Part shown: positions 36,901 to 41,445 of the stretch, one piece after another
How the letters are laid out: every line of letters starts with the position of its first letter
Numbering within the stretch: the stretch's first letter is position 1
NCBI GenBank assembly: GCA_946407765.1
Contig: CAMJPD010000001.1
Coordinates: 7,755-71,754 of the forward strand
Source: an uncultured Lachnospiraceae bacterium
GTDB lineage: Bacteria; Bacillota; Clostridia; Lachnospirales; Lachnospiraceae
Direction of reading: 5' to 3'
Length of the DNA stretch: 64,000 bases
Made by a program: the position numbers and the translations under genes
The notes under the pieces: generated by a model
What the model saw: only the letters and a program-made list of their open reading frames with translations
Database searches by the model: none
What the model was told of the DNA's origin: nothing

Positions 36901-38816
36901 CAACTAAGTCAGTTGCATTCAAGACAAGAGTAGGCGATCTTCCAACACCAACTAGAGATGGATATAAGTTTACAGGATTTATAACATCAACATATTCTAC
37001 AGTTGAAACACCTTCTATGCCTGTAGATTCAAGAACAATTTACTGGATAGACGCACCAACAAGCATATATGCAACTTGGGAATTAATTAATTATCCAATT
37101 AAGTATTATGACTTAGATGGTGGCGTTGATACTGGAGTTTATACAGGTCCTACAGAACTTCCTAAGTTCTATACTATAGTAGATACAGTAGTTATTGCTA
37201 CAACTCCTGTAAGAACTGATGTCGCTCAAGCAGCATTTAAACAATATTCTATTAAGTTTGCAACATCACCTAATGTGTCTGACGCAGGTGGAATAATTAC
37301 AATTAACAAGGGTGCTATGGGTATCGTTCAAGTTTATATTGAATGGGATCTTGATTTCAAACTTGTTCTTGATGATAACTATTCAGGTTCAAGAAAGCAG
37401 ATAATTCCTTGGTCATCAACAGCATCATATACAGTAAAATCAGAATTTACAAGACCTAATTATATACTTCAGTACTTCACACTAAATTCTATATCTGGAA
37501 CAAAAATAAATCTCGGAACAGTTATTGATTACGATACATATAAACAATATGCAGTTAGAGATACTGTCACACTTTACGCTTCATGGAAGTATAACGGCGG
37601 CGGCGGCGGTGGCGGCGGTGGCGGCGGCGGTGGCGGCGGCGGCGGTGGCGGCGGTGGCGGCGACGCTATCGCAAAACTTGGTGATCCATCACCTGCAGGT
37701 GTATGGCACTATGAGCCACTAACAAATACATGGACATATACTCTTAACGGAAATACAGTAACAGGATGGAATAGTATCTATACTGATGCATCAGGCAAGA
37801 ATGAATGGTATTACTTCAATCAACAAGGTGCAATGCAGACAGGATGGATTGCAGATGCTGGTGCAGTTTATTACTTACAACCAGAATCTAATGGAAAGCA
37901 AGGAAGAGCATTCACAGATTGGCATGATATAAAAGGTGTATATTATTACTTCAATCCTACATCTTGTGCACTTGAACAAATAAAATCTGCACAAGAAGCT
38001 CAAGCAATGGGTGTAGTATCGCAAGAAGCAATAGAAGCAATGTATAATTATCAACGTCAAGTTGACCTTGCAAATCAACAAGCATTACTAAATCAACAAG
38101 CACTTGCAAATCAACAGGCATTATTAAATCAACAAGCACTCCTTGGACAAAATCAATTAAATCCTCTTGCAGGACTTAATGGACTTGCAGGCTTAGGTGG
38201 TGCAGCTGGTATAAATGGTCTTGATGTAAATTCACTTACAGCACTTGCACTTGCAGGTTATGATGCAGCAACAATAGAAGCAATGCTTAGAGCGGGAGAT
38301 AACGGATTTGGATTTAATCCACTTGCAGGACTTGATGCTAATACACTTGCATTATTACAATCACAAAATCAATTACTTGGAGTAGGCGGTCTTGGTTCAT
38401 CAGCTGGAACTTATGTAACAGCACAGGCAGAACCATTACAGAGAATTATATATGGAACATGGAACTATGATGCAAGCAGAACTTCATGGACATTTACTGA
38501 AGCTGGTATGGGACTTATAGCTGGAGGATTTGCAACTATAGCAGATGGTTCTAATGCACAAAGTGCTCACAAGTATTACTTCGATCAATTCGGAACCATG
38601 CTTACAGGAATCAGAGTAATAGGTGGTAAAGTTTACTACTTCAGTGAAGAAGCAGTAAATCTCGGACAAGCTCAGTCTGGCTGGATGACACTTTTTGGAA
38701 CAAGATGTCACTTCAACGAAGCAACATACGAACTTGATCTTCAAAATTCTGCAGAAGTTCTTGAAACAATGACTTACAATGCTTATGCAATTGACAGAAC
38801 AAGAAGAGGTCAATAA
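18930..38816 (+). CDS. Giant modular surface/adhesin-like protein (6,628 codons by the GTG start; start uncertain)
   Basis: One uninterrupted 19.9-kb ORF. Order of parts: signal-like KKVIAVCLTIATVF; polyacidic region 19.25-20.0 kb; five Cys/His modules (21033-21371, 23190-23477, 25467-25766, 27825-28151, 30333-30578), the middle three preceded by long PMP-type GGAIY beta-helix arrays; nine 26-aa solenoid repeats 30951-31658; two diverged 2.0-2.4-kb Listeria-Bacteroides-repeat units 32451-36815; 22 x Gly 37596-37661; choline-binding-type repeats. Colinear with the C-terminal part of the 2-10717 protein. Confidence 0.9.
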   Translation: MCTIKIRRRNILGFFEKHKKVIAVCLTIATVFSNNGLFTLANSVSDIIEENSKEQKQPKNYYLEYLEETYSYEYYEESYSLDNDLNKIDEANLSNDNAQALDDKLNTANINEEEIHDDEEIEEKIVEEEPEDPNDYEEEIVEEETSEEESENDKTDDIEEKDDEIETEATEEETVSDEESEETYVEAEETSIEEETTKKDAEEESSEVETIEEQETSEVAETSIDETAMETVDASYETTAPYVDIEVDRATDSEIDNEDVELETTPAHVEDIATSSDAEEVDVIDIATSSDIELDIEIIATKSDAEVITVNKSTPSYVERATLSELSELSTKSELVRDIATSSEVDNIELLNATVSTATRSVAVKWKVVKIYFATVSEAYVYASTAIANIKHIEDRLAKSAKVLLRNEYGEEKIMRVPIKWTAKNYIKVTESEIKQEIKDKIVNPEEEKRSLIEIAQGIRKDAIATKSEVKAESEAEVEDTSEKKIIDKTLGPSQKREEEKETRKQEETKETIIETKPVDSETAVDETLSDDIYSKLKELKLPTGLFAFDINPEEASKEEETTEEETEVEAESAEDNKLEDETTAEDKTDSSFIGPLKSDADEFSAQTDEEKDKQKIVKTDLNRQDYVVAGMEIDNKELLDEIKSALMDFFGIANAASATSSEADTEDEEFIELAAELDEEIIIPKVIILGVFASTNGTLPHKICGCANGVDCDHYKNLVLGRYADKDVQYSHQDAPTSTEIFDGWTPITVALRNTDVLACEFIYLDRDFVVNKRYLCDYMNVTICLHGHTLTFFGDNAYIEAQKGFELNICDCYSPKKGEIKVVAHPHEVAPRTHAVFENNGGKINFWNVDYSNKVATKTNASPLVRQTSGYTQLTDVDMNGITEKYSPDGLIHSTGGKMGFYGIKLNNNISSMSLINLKNTELIIEDNVEINNNYSDSYLFNIDGSTVTIQTDDTSSYENEISDNEFKYSGLFNLTNSSNLIIKNHTKIERNKTTYHALFNSNASNITFENTKEDRTTILVKENVAQKSIVYVNGGKLETKYATFESNKAVAGVINTDGTAALNINNTLFKSNEMTFAGAINLGQFSTMEMDESEFDSNKSLYNAGAILITASKQVNIRKTIFTNNKVDESDTYGAGQGGAIAIVNQESDGADVNIEDSTFDGNSALYGGAIYITGSGIFHATSKLNIKGTKFLNGPNFPHTHVISATQSVTYDTRGGAIYVGKNAIVTVNEGSSFTANYNAVFVENGTFITKTPKIATHGNPDLDIIFTGNTGKQIIGYSYYSTSSKIYLYGGYITGNPIMGGVEMATGSHVDIELGHSIYIWNNGHPSMLVDPVLSIDIILSTYSDIRVVGNPNYPLTEYAKIGIYGSEKSRFFIESWDETMVENINNRNVEDTFLSDIDGYTAFLVGKTVHMGRLHAHALCGLATPCNAHRVVHPKLGYLDIANEAALDQEFSGTAGIYLLSDIHITRTHKWPINIAGETLAICLNGHKLTVDQGLPLFSNMNGNLILCDCATLKRSPVSIGAIIIATKSTYIKKTSLIHSKGHDVDVYNLRMDGTRNHRFSVDNKLDGSFIRVEDADLTIEDSVISGVQNFSNGDSLFKQVGKGNLRFRNSLIENSKIKTGFIQKIPYDDEYEGSSEGGDVLIENIEAKGNESNYGVIYLDTVDTATFANIKTFYNNSKGKTVVDARSEWYFELDKNRQEYVKSGASLTLKNIGTLSYIDKLEFEKNINEAGYSYSPAAFYVENTELKINKLVLKDNETKVSAGSMYFTYGVASINYIEADGNKALNGGAIVIDDAYFNITKANMTGNSTQRNGFGGAVYVNNSDLNIKEGNLSNNIATMGAAVHIEMFSNVNISTATFISNTGYIGGAIYQGPLNYVNINDSTFDKNSASYGGAVYADGARTPEYTYQTRLNLNRVHMLNAAAISSKVPAHWIRPDGLHVDTVFYYQPLGGAVYANEGAFVYLSSKSSVINNKNAVHVSNATFETEYISTSSFASSQMFTDNYHQQVIGFYSFRRNSRINLYGGIITNNKGILMPNERYGAETFFVYADATHSEIEKGWRDDPDARKEYLSKIARVTLGGSVIIATNGALGNCNLHVPDDLIVNVQGNPSYKVNDKTYIHVWGRFRHRVFFDSWDERCVEDYDNAVYEKTFVSDNEQYGVVRFNNTLYLEFVHKHTICGETDTMYCALHNKEHKQQSYRSVLTEDDFDVDEKGTEMMTFALQDDLEITKMHDWPMQFTSGLVSICLNGHTLKIPSNVKLFNDIIGTISFCDCAYNKYINGKIADKSKTLDDVAGRIEVLPNTGSWSKNDGVFDAHGQYSGLALYSLRLSGIDAKGYNKSLFSVTGGSAIISNVSIDNNGRLFGEDALIKIVDASKVIISSVTVANNISNNAAIMIKKKDLDANDVKVEKIYAARNDLAYGVIYIDGAKKLSLNDLIFENNIKTEFDLAPKMDRYIDSYEFAVSAAALTIKNVQNISTRSSNLRFTDNQNLSGMDDIAAGLVLENTKADDISTMSFMGNTTIGGMGAGAVAILRKASLRIKGGIHQLNYGSHGGFAFINDGSLEVDGAEILENESEYSGGAIYAMNESKLLLNDSIIKDNTAYRVAGAIYASKKSEIKIVGTEFTRNMSYTSGGAIHLEGKANISKSEFMINGAFDLVDGGLGGAISILNNAVATLSENTFLGNMAHLGSGIFTAARSALSPTEKLSPKTIISSTSFSAHVANITITKEATYSSATGVVTVDVTYESVGGAIFVGSNAYTKVNKGTEFNNNYNTIHVSQGTFETEYIRSLEDGDIKFTSSQGNQVIGYFSWEYKTKINLYGGTIAGNRDITGGAIWSTVSEADQKKFLDDPSVALKYKRLNIQLGGDIYIMDNGLNGKTNLVLPSDLVVIVSGNKNYKINRNAQVGVTTKFRYIVYDRSWTGDIVEDYYNDINETDVFTSDVDGYVPVDILSTVYLFRTHNHTICGLSSSSCLDLQHSNTPGHFGHKEVKFTPVTTISQLKGEYIANKALAGKAYFALQGDLTIKDALNWDAPEGTTIALCLNGYKLNIFTDKGLFKNVLGTLSICDCLADPNSEMRAHEENDPRIGEFVLNKGHLSDVSIITSNNENAFVRFWKLNISSMSILDGYNKSFVEMNGGSISFNMTTIATNTVTSKNALFSLNNMKQVDMYDVKVFNNNSASGLFDITGIKNLGVLIASSSFARNNIAKGIVNIATAATVSVAHNRFENNRKFFVDLPEANDRAYNSAGVLSLINVDNFEYTDNKAINNTNLSRLSTRQPAVIYLDNTKGVISDSEFASNVTSGDGGSILAVGKSNLDINKVQIKSSTSNVSAFRGGFLAADNSTINMDGLDISGFSAYYGGAIYGFNMATISISNSNMDGNRAYRNGGAISIDDKSKIEITTSSIINNVGANGGAIYAYRKSKALLKNVTLENNIATSSRADSINDKFFGGAVYIAVGSELQTYETTISNNKAHEGGAVYIIDDSKYFAGKGTYVSDNENAIAIYGGTIETDYITGKHDELDRKDDVVFENNTGNGVISYSMFGDVNHINLYGAAIKNNEISSMPLIASFYKTFKTKEPIMTYVTLGGSTYINDNGIAASKSNLYMYDDKLVRFAGNKNYPVTSPSRIHVYSPKDNQVIFYDSWGEDCVYEYNTGEFIVRDIFYSDNDEYKVYRDGRFVYLGTDFDEYTFDINTDDVITTGIYEITPQYIRKNATMAYLERPVEVFNKDKSKVVGRANAYLIGVMGYEADDAGRLAKSWNFATTSCEVRSKKTYQDEFKTLTKEDRVLFLVWVTKGHVHKECGLATSSTCDHVSEIGTHKEVDEFIEARNWSTLHYKSEKVMNEGDRENYDFRYVLMKDVEAYDQGTDTIEVLCFNGHSIKIATFATAINPKYGVNSIKAILSFGEDKSQKHLATKSFVLTNCKVSTKSVFEISSTSNIPTSLITLAGGKSLLMKDLVISGFVYDSDDKNLITIKSTSSVVEVDSLVYKNNSIVGRTFDIDSSKVYFTKKLELATNSNIDALIAIDNESEVYVLATSSIIENITGYNLFDVDNKSSLTFAYKTDMLKNTALRNVVNAENESTVVFEGETNIEENDVKVAVINVAEKTSLAFNGDTNIAYNKSDKTILHVAKLSSVSFAGKTLVDSNKATDSIINCENNSEISYLASTSIVNNKTANRLFRIVNMSTVSFADKTNIQNNITQYGMFDVNNLSKLTFAGETMISENTAYDNTVVFSIQKNSVVELKATASIVNNFMDWKRVVAGAEMRLASTSLATYSSIYIDNTSALAVAKTIRIENNKVAKVVKVGSVASDAVKFINNARNIYIQGAGKIKVIEGEILHKDSKIYLSVQKTDKEPFFLDWKEDKIENFNDGYTIAEEIFYADEDHKDRKIVKHVQDVYRRGKKADVKLFLGSKYYDLYYRYNNIPIATQRVAQFPYAAYVDKIYVENRIVGDPPRKITDQDKYILWEGPDYKDNDFFFNDWDMEEVHNVKITYNRVVRNVVARTLIYEANDGYFNMIDKGEVYKIASYSKLVRYQRPIATLPTPGRVGYKFKYFSLATPDRAFIYATWSNVTSPSFAVNEVTRFWKEATASVYAEWTPNVYKIAFRPGDPEVYGITATMSMVYDREATLSSLGYKLDGATFKYWVDELTSNITPVFDKYKQNILDIINARLSGGDIPEPYGVGPASESISNLAERNLYGIQKLYTIADLIAMHKDYTGSGIKNYDELVRLARTLNLEETIENTKYSTISIAALRDMIYDEIIGLGQKATYSDMEVVKNVRSASGSTAILIASWSEHIYYVVFDKGVPTSPLKGAENKVEGFMATQSFMYRELKALATMSYTLEGYTFREWIAQLSSNSVSPKYVIRSSFSNSMLENADLVPYGEMVYAGEGRYVRYRDLDDNYRTLKDLVRYEKAIPTKSSAEFTATFSDMEKIARLGSRFVDKDVIKLYAVWDPNEYTIYFNPNDASQQDEELVYIGEERDGKNEKHQGSFGTIAQKDSEFKGTSFATISYAREVIYSKKARVLASKSVLYDRYIATLAEAERKGYNFEGWSTKSNIDIWADDKLPSTDPAKTVYSNSSDIYRKATDTTLYATWKNNEYVVYYIATGAIIYNDKNMKALGSITVGGSISNKAVAKGQPAEYETNVPEGKRAGGKGLFILDGNYDLELDGETLYPDIDVKQVKPTGIYQTRLGTYIDGIMIKNNDHIDEMISIASMSVWFDMEYGATEPARDKKDRKIASFAQAAKYGYEFYGWTRDINADYRKAVEDKTYLVLEGDMYTLATNSYLYAVFGPSRYELEVNSNYGYFKVKFEDKLYRVATYSKLVIFGKPIATLAIPGRVGYKYIDYRTSTTSTVETPSWIVREDTHYWATTNSSIYGIWEPNKYKIVFKPYYDEVVGVTATMSMSYDEERKLSKMGYTLDGATFKYWVDENDMNYILKEGATSEGEASDLITEITDLFPYTANKDITMEEFIKRADDYVGTGLKGEKELVKLAKNLGFKVTNNTIDQATKRMLLNLIYDEIIGIGQKATYSDMEKVKNLRAASGSIAVLVASWSEHTYSIRFNKRPPVSPYGYKKTNTYEQNSKINKVTGNMASMSLAYREIADLTKNDFELEGYTFKGWYAKLTTQSETTKYKYTHKFATNSIGMPLKTEFGHISKETNVYQNLLEYLTYENIEKVENNFVFLATFSDMEKISRLAAKTKDKDIVDLYAIWEPNKYKLTFNPNDVKYGNGLTYAVVKIDGKTYDSSKTNVLGTKKVVYDRYMEDLATAERKGYDFVGWSTKSNIDIWEDDKLPKGNPKKAIFATRSDVYRRSTDTILYATWRNKKYDLYYIATGARIYKDDTLAVDIAKYYEGKNLVDINTITDPVRLEKIMAISTKSDWFDMEYGTTIPSNKPSERALIELPYAYRDGYEFYGWSTDSNASSTRAIREPNYLVTNKTKHLVARDEKLYAVFGNDRHILTMYANGGKFTIKDPVTKVVKTVTMTTKSVAFKTRVGDLPTPTRDGYKFTGFITSTYSTVETPSMPVDSRTIYWIDAPTSIYATWELINYPIKYYDLDGGVDTGVYTGPTELPKFYTIVDTVVIATTPVRTDVAQAAFKQYSIKFATSPNVSDAGGIITINKGAMGIVQVYIEWDLDFKLVLDDNYSGSRKQIIPWSSTASYTVKSEFTRPNYILQYFTLNSISGTKINLGTVIDYDTYKQYAVRDTVTLYASWKYNGGGGGGGGGGGGGGGGGGGGGGDAIAKLGDPSPAGVWHYEPLTNTWTYTLNGNTVTGWNSIYTDASGKNEWYYFNQQGAMQTGWIADAGAVYYLQPESNGKQGRAFTDWHDIKGVYYYFNPTSCALEQIKSAQEAQAMGVVSQEAIEAMYNYQRQVDLANQQALLNQQALANQQALLNQQALLGQNQLNPLAGLNGLAGLGGAAGINGLDVNSLTALALAGYDAATIEAMLRAGDNGFGFNPLAGLDANTLALLQSQNQLLGVGGLGSSAGTYVTAQAEPLQRIIYGTWNYDASRTSWTFTEAGMGLIAGGFATIADGSNAQSAHKYYFDQFGTMLTGIRVIGGKVYYFSEEAVNLGQAQSGWMTLFGTRCHFNEATYELDLQNSAEVLETMTYNAYAIDRTRRGQ
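30951..31658 (+). repeat. Nine consecutive 26-residue (78-nt; last unit 28 residues) beta-solenoid-type coding repeats
   Basis: Units start SKVYFTKK, SEVYVLAT, SSLTFAYK, STVVFEGE, TSLAFNGD, SSVSFAGK, SEISYLAS, STVSFADK, SKLTFAGE. Consensus is S-x-(V/L)-x-F-x-G-x-T-x-I-x2-N-x7-(hydrophobic)-x-(V/I)-x-N. Only about three or four units are visible at the equivalent place in giant gene 1 (about 6.2-6.56 kb). Confidence 0.85.
32451..36815 (+). repeat. Internal tandem duplication in giant gene 2: two diverged units (32451-34826 and 34827-36815)
   Basis: Matching blocks in the same order: ATYSKLV...PIATL.xPGRVGYK; YKI(A/V)F(R/K)P...G(I/V)TATMSM.YD...GY(K/T)LDGATFKYWVDE; IYDEIIG(L/I)GQKATYSDME.VKN.R.ASGS.A.L.ASWSEH; TFSDMEKI.RL; AERKGY.F.GWSTKSNIDIW.DDKLP; WFDMEYG; GYEFYGW. 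There is a 34-nt identical stretch at 34095 and 36279. Giant gene 1 has a single unit (7256 to about 8843). Confidence 0.85.
37596..37661 (+). repeat. GGC/GGT tract encoding 22 consecutive Gly
   Basis: Read directly, in frame (KYN-G22-DAIAKLGD). Same position and same flanking DAIAKLG as in giant gene 1. Confidence 0.95.
38073..38144 (+). repeat. Four 18-nt tandem repeats encoding NQQAL(L/A)
   Basis: aatcaacaagcattacta / aatcaacaagcacttgca / aatcaacaggcattatta / aatcaacaagcactcctt, in frame. Followed by LAGLNGLAGLGG-type Gly/Ala/Leu low complexity, between the two anchor-repeat blocks. Confidence 0.9.
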
Positions 38817-38824
38817 ATCTTATT

Positions 38825-38851
38825 AAAAGCACCTATTTAGGTGCTTTTTTT
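38825..38851 (+). terminator. Rho-independent terminator of giant gene 2
   Basis: AAAAGCACCT (38825-38834) / AGGTGCTTTT (38839-38848), 4-nt loop, run of T; starts 9 nt after the stop. Confidence 0.85.
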
Positions 38852-39018
38852 GATGCTTATTTTCTTAATTTACTTTAAGATGTATTAAAATGCGTTGTAT
38901 TTAAGGGGCAAATTTTGTAAAATTAATAATAACATAGATTAAGTGTAATTTGCCTTGGCAAGTTATGTTTTGTTTATGTAGCTTAGTTTGTATAAAAATT
39001 ATCCTTGCAGGAGGGGAT

Positions 39019-40104
39019 ATGGAAAGACATATAAAAAAATATTTGTCATATGTGCTTGTGATTGTTCTTGCAGTAGGAATGGGCATCTCATATGCATATG
39101 CAGTTGGAGCCAACGACTCTAATGCTTTTGTTACTATACAAGAATATGAAGAAAGAGTTGAGGAAATTGAAACTTCAATTAATAATATTTCTAAAACAAT
39201 ATTAGATACCAATATGGATTATGTAATGAATGGTCCTAGACTTCAAGCTAATCTTGTAGAAGGTTTTGAAAATAAAGGTGGTACTAACTTAGCCGGAGCA
39301 AGCGTAATGTATTATCCATATAGAGACAATGCTGAAAGTACATGGTTTAGCAGATATTCTCCAGTTAACTATGTAATGCTTGGAGATACATGGGATGGTA
39401 GACAAGTTGTAACAGGTAATATTCCAACCTATGCAGGAGATGTTAATAATACTTTGTTTCCATGTATGTGTAGATTTGCAGTTAAGTCAGACACTCCAAA
39501 TATATACATAATTCTTTCTTTCTATTATGCTGGCATAGGAGATCCAGATGGAATAAGAATTTATATAGGTCAAGCAAGTTATGTTGACTTAAGTAAAGAA
39601 ATACAAGACTACTCTCAAGCTACTACAATTACTGCAACAGTTCCTCTCACAGAATGGTGGAATCTTGGTGGAACTGCAGGGCCACAAACACTAGCAAGAA
39701 ATAATACAAGTATATATACAGGATCTAAGAGTGATTCAATGTTCCCACCATATCTTATTTACTCTACTAATAATAGTGCAACAACATATAACTTATCAAA
39801 TCCAGGAACTGGTTGGCTAACTCGTGCTGTTACACCACTTTCTGCTACTGTTACATTTGAATTCCCAGCAAATAGCTGTATCATACGATATGAAAATACA
39901 AGCACACCATATTTTGCATGGAATTTATTTCCTATAGATATGAAAGGAAGAAAATATGGTAATGCTTATGATCAGATTTATGTAAGTGATACTACTACTA
40001 CATATAAGTCAGCCCACGTAATTGCTAAAGTTTATAGTCCACAGAAAGGTTGTCTTGCACTTAAGTCTTATCTTAATGGTGAGATACCAATTCTTAATGA
40101 ATAA
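39019..40104 (+). CDS. Cassette 2, family A: secreted hypothetical protein
   Basis: The internal ATG at 39019 is chosen (GGAGGGG RBS; N-terminus MERHIKKYLSYV aligns with the other A proteins). 361 aa. SYAYA-VGANDSNAFVT, TNMDYVMNGPRLQ, TWDGRQVV, PNIYIILSFYY, KVYSPQKGCLALKSYLNGEIPILNE. Confidence 0.9.
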   Translation: MERHIKKYLSYVLVIVLAVGMGISYAYAVGANDSNAFVTIQEYEERVEEIETSINNISKTILDTNMDYVMNGPRLQANLVEGFENKGGTNLAGASVMYYPYRDNAESTWFSRYSPVNYVMLGDTWDGRQVVTGNIPTYAGDVNNTLFPCMCRFAVKSDTPNIYIILSFYYAGIGDPDGIRIYIGQASYVDLSKEIQDYSQATTITATVPLTEWWNLGGTAGPQTLARNNTSIYTGSKSDSMFPPYLIYSTNNSATTYNLSNPGTGWLTRAVTPLSATVTFEFPANSCIIRYENTSTPYFAWNLFPIDMKGRKYGNAYDQIYVSDTTTTYKSAHVIAKVYSPQKGCLALKSYLNGEIPILNE

Positions 40105-40151
40105 TTTTGCAAGGTGCATAAAGCAAGAACAAGAAATTAATAGGAGTTAGT

Positions 40152-41402
40152 ATGAAGAACTATCTTAGAAAAACTTTAATGATATATATATCACTTGCGA
40201 CCATCCTTGTTGGTATGGCAGGAGTTTCTTATGCTATCACAGCATCTGAAGCAGATGAATATGTAACAAGAGCTGAGTTTACAGTTAAGATGGAATCGGT
40301 TAGAGATAAGCTTAATGAAAAGGAAATAAAACTTCTTGGTGAGATTAATAAATATCGTTCAACCCATGTGAAATTCACAACATTTGATTCACCTACTCGT
40401 CAACACACAGCTGCAAATGCAAGAGGTGGTTATTACAATGGCGGTAATATGTTCCCAAGACTTAGATTAAACAATGAATGGTATTATGGTTCGCTTGGAT
40501 GGGCAGCAGATATTAATGGAAAGAGTGATGGTCAATATAGACACCTTAATTTATTTAGATTGTGGAATGGCAACTATTACATAACGAATGAAATTTCTGC
40601 CAAGACATCTCTTGAATCAGGTACTGGTACACAATACTTTGGAATGAGAAAATGTGCTGTCCCTGTAGAAAATTATCCAGGTTGGTATATGACCCTAATT
40701 ACCTATAGCTCTTTTGGACATTATATAAGATGGTGGGGTTCACTTGTAAAGCTTGATCCAAATGTTCCTATGCCAAGCAACAATGAGCTTATGAGAATGA
40801 GAAATGGATGGATAACTCTTAGATTCAAGAAAGAATTATGGACATATATTTCTCCAACACTTACAACTAAAATTACAAAAAATAAGTTTACAACTAGTAT
40901 TACAACATATCATTATAGTAATATGAATGAAGGATTTCTTGCTGACTCTTACCGTTCAGATTTGAGTACTAATTCAAATACTACAATGAATTATTCAACA
41001 TGGTTAGATGAGACAACAGGAGACTATATGTGCTCAATACAATATGTAAGACCTGTGTCTGAATATTATGGAGAGGATGTATATGTATTCAATAGTTCCA
41101 ATATAGGACTTTGCAGACTTGTTCCTCAAGATAACGTTGAGTATCTTATGGGATCTATTATATATGATGGTTCTGGTTCAGGAAGAACTAGCACATCTTA
41201 TGCTTCTATATATCCAGATCCACGTTATATAGGAACAGGACTTTATAATGACCCATATTATGAATATGAAATCGTGGACTGCGAGAATGGCATAAAGTAT
41301 TGGCATGTAAGAAAGAAACCAACTAAGTATCTTATTTCAGGTGCAGCTGCCACAGTACCAACAACACTTGCTTTAAATTATTCTATTCCTATTGTTTATT
41401 AA
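40152..41402 (+). CDS. Cassette 2, family B: secreted hypothetical protein
   Basis: 416 aa. RBS AGGAG. Signal ends VSYA. INKYRSTHVKF, FRLWNGNYYI, AVPVENYPGWYM, WLDETTGDYM, DNVEYLMG, CENGIKYWHV, NYSIPIVY. Confidence 0.9.
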   Translation: MKNYLRKTLMIYISLATILVGMAGVSYAITASEADEYVTRAEFTVKMESVRDKLNEKEIKLLGEINKYRSTHVKFTTFDSPTRQHTAANARGGYYNGGNMFPRLRLNNEWYYGSLGWAADINGKSDGQYRHLNLFRLWNGNYYITNEISAKTSLESGTGTQYFGMRKCAVPVENYPGWYMTLITYSSFGHYIRWWGSLVKLDPNVPMPSNNELMRMRNGWITLRFKKELWTYISPTLTTKITKNKFTTSITTYHYSNMNEGFLADSYRSDLSTNSNTTMNYSTWLDETTGDYMCSIQYVRPVSEYYGEDVYVFNSSNIGLCRLVPQDNVEYLMGSIIYDGSGSGRTSTSYASIYPDPRYIGTGLYNDPYYEYEIVDCENGIKYWHVRKKPTKYLISGAAATVPTTLALNYSIPIVY

Positions 41403-41445
41403 TTAATTTTATTGATTGCAATATACCAGATATTGAGGAAAAGTT

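Noticed and set aside
37525-37722. ORFs with poly-Ala/Val runs (37525-37722 on +, 50966-51157 on -).
   Set aside because: They are simply the GGC/GGT poly-Gly tracts read in another frame or on the other strand.
38949-38960. TTGCCTTGGCAA palindrome upstream of A2, and promoter-like hexamers upstream of the giant gene (TATAAT at 18832-18837; TTGTGT-17 nt-TAGATT at 18899-18927).
   Set aside because: Short matches of this kind are expected by chance in AT-rich intergenic DNA. There is no supporting -35 or spacing, and no conservation between cassettes that I could see. Not reported as features.
38950-39018. Upstream in-frame extensions of cassette genes given in the ORF track (38950, 42440, 43545, 46955; also GTG 44875).
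   Set aside because: The extensions lack RBSs, overlap the preceding gene or spacer and are not conserved between paralogues. Internal ATGs have good SD sequences and give N-termini that align across all four cassettes.
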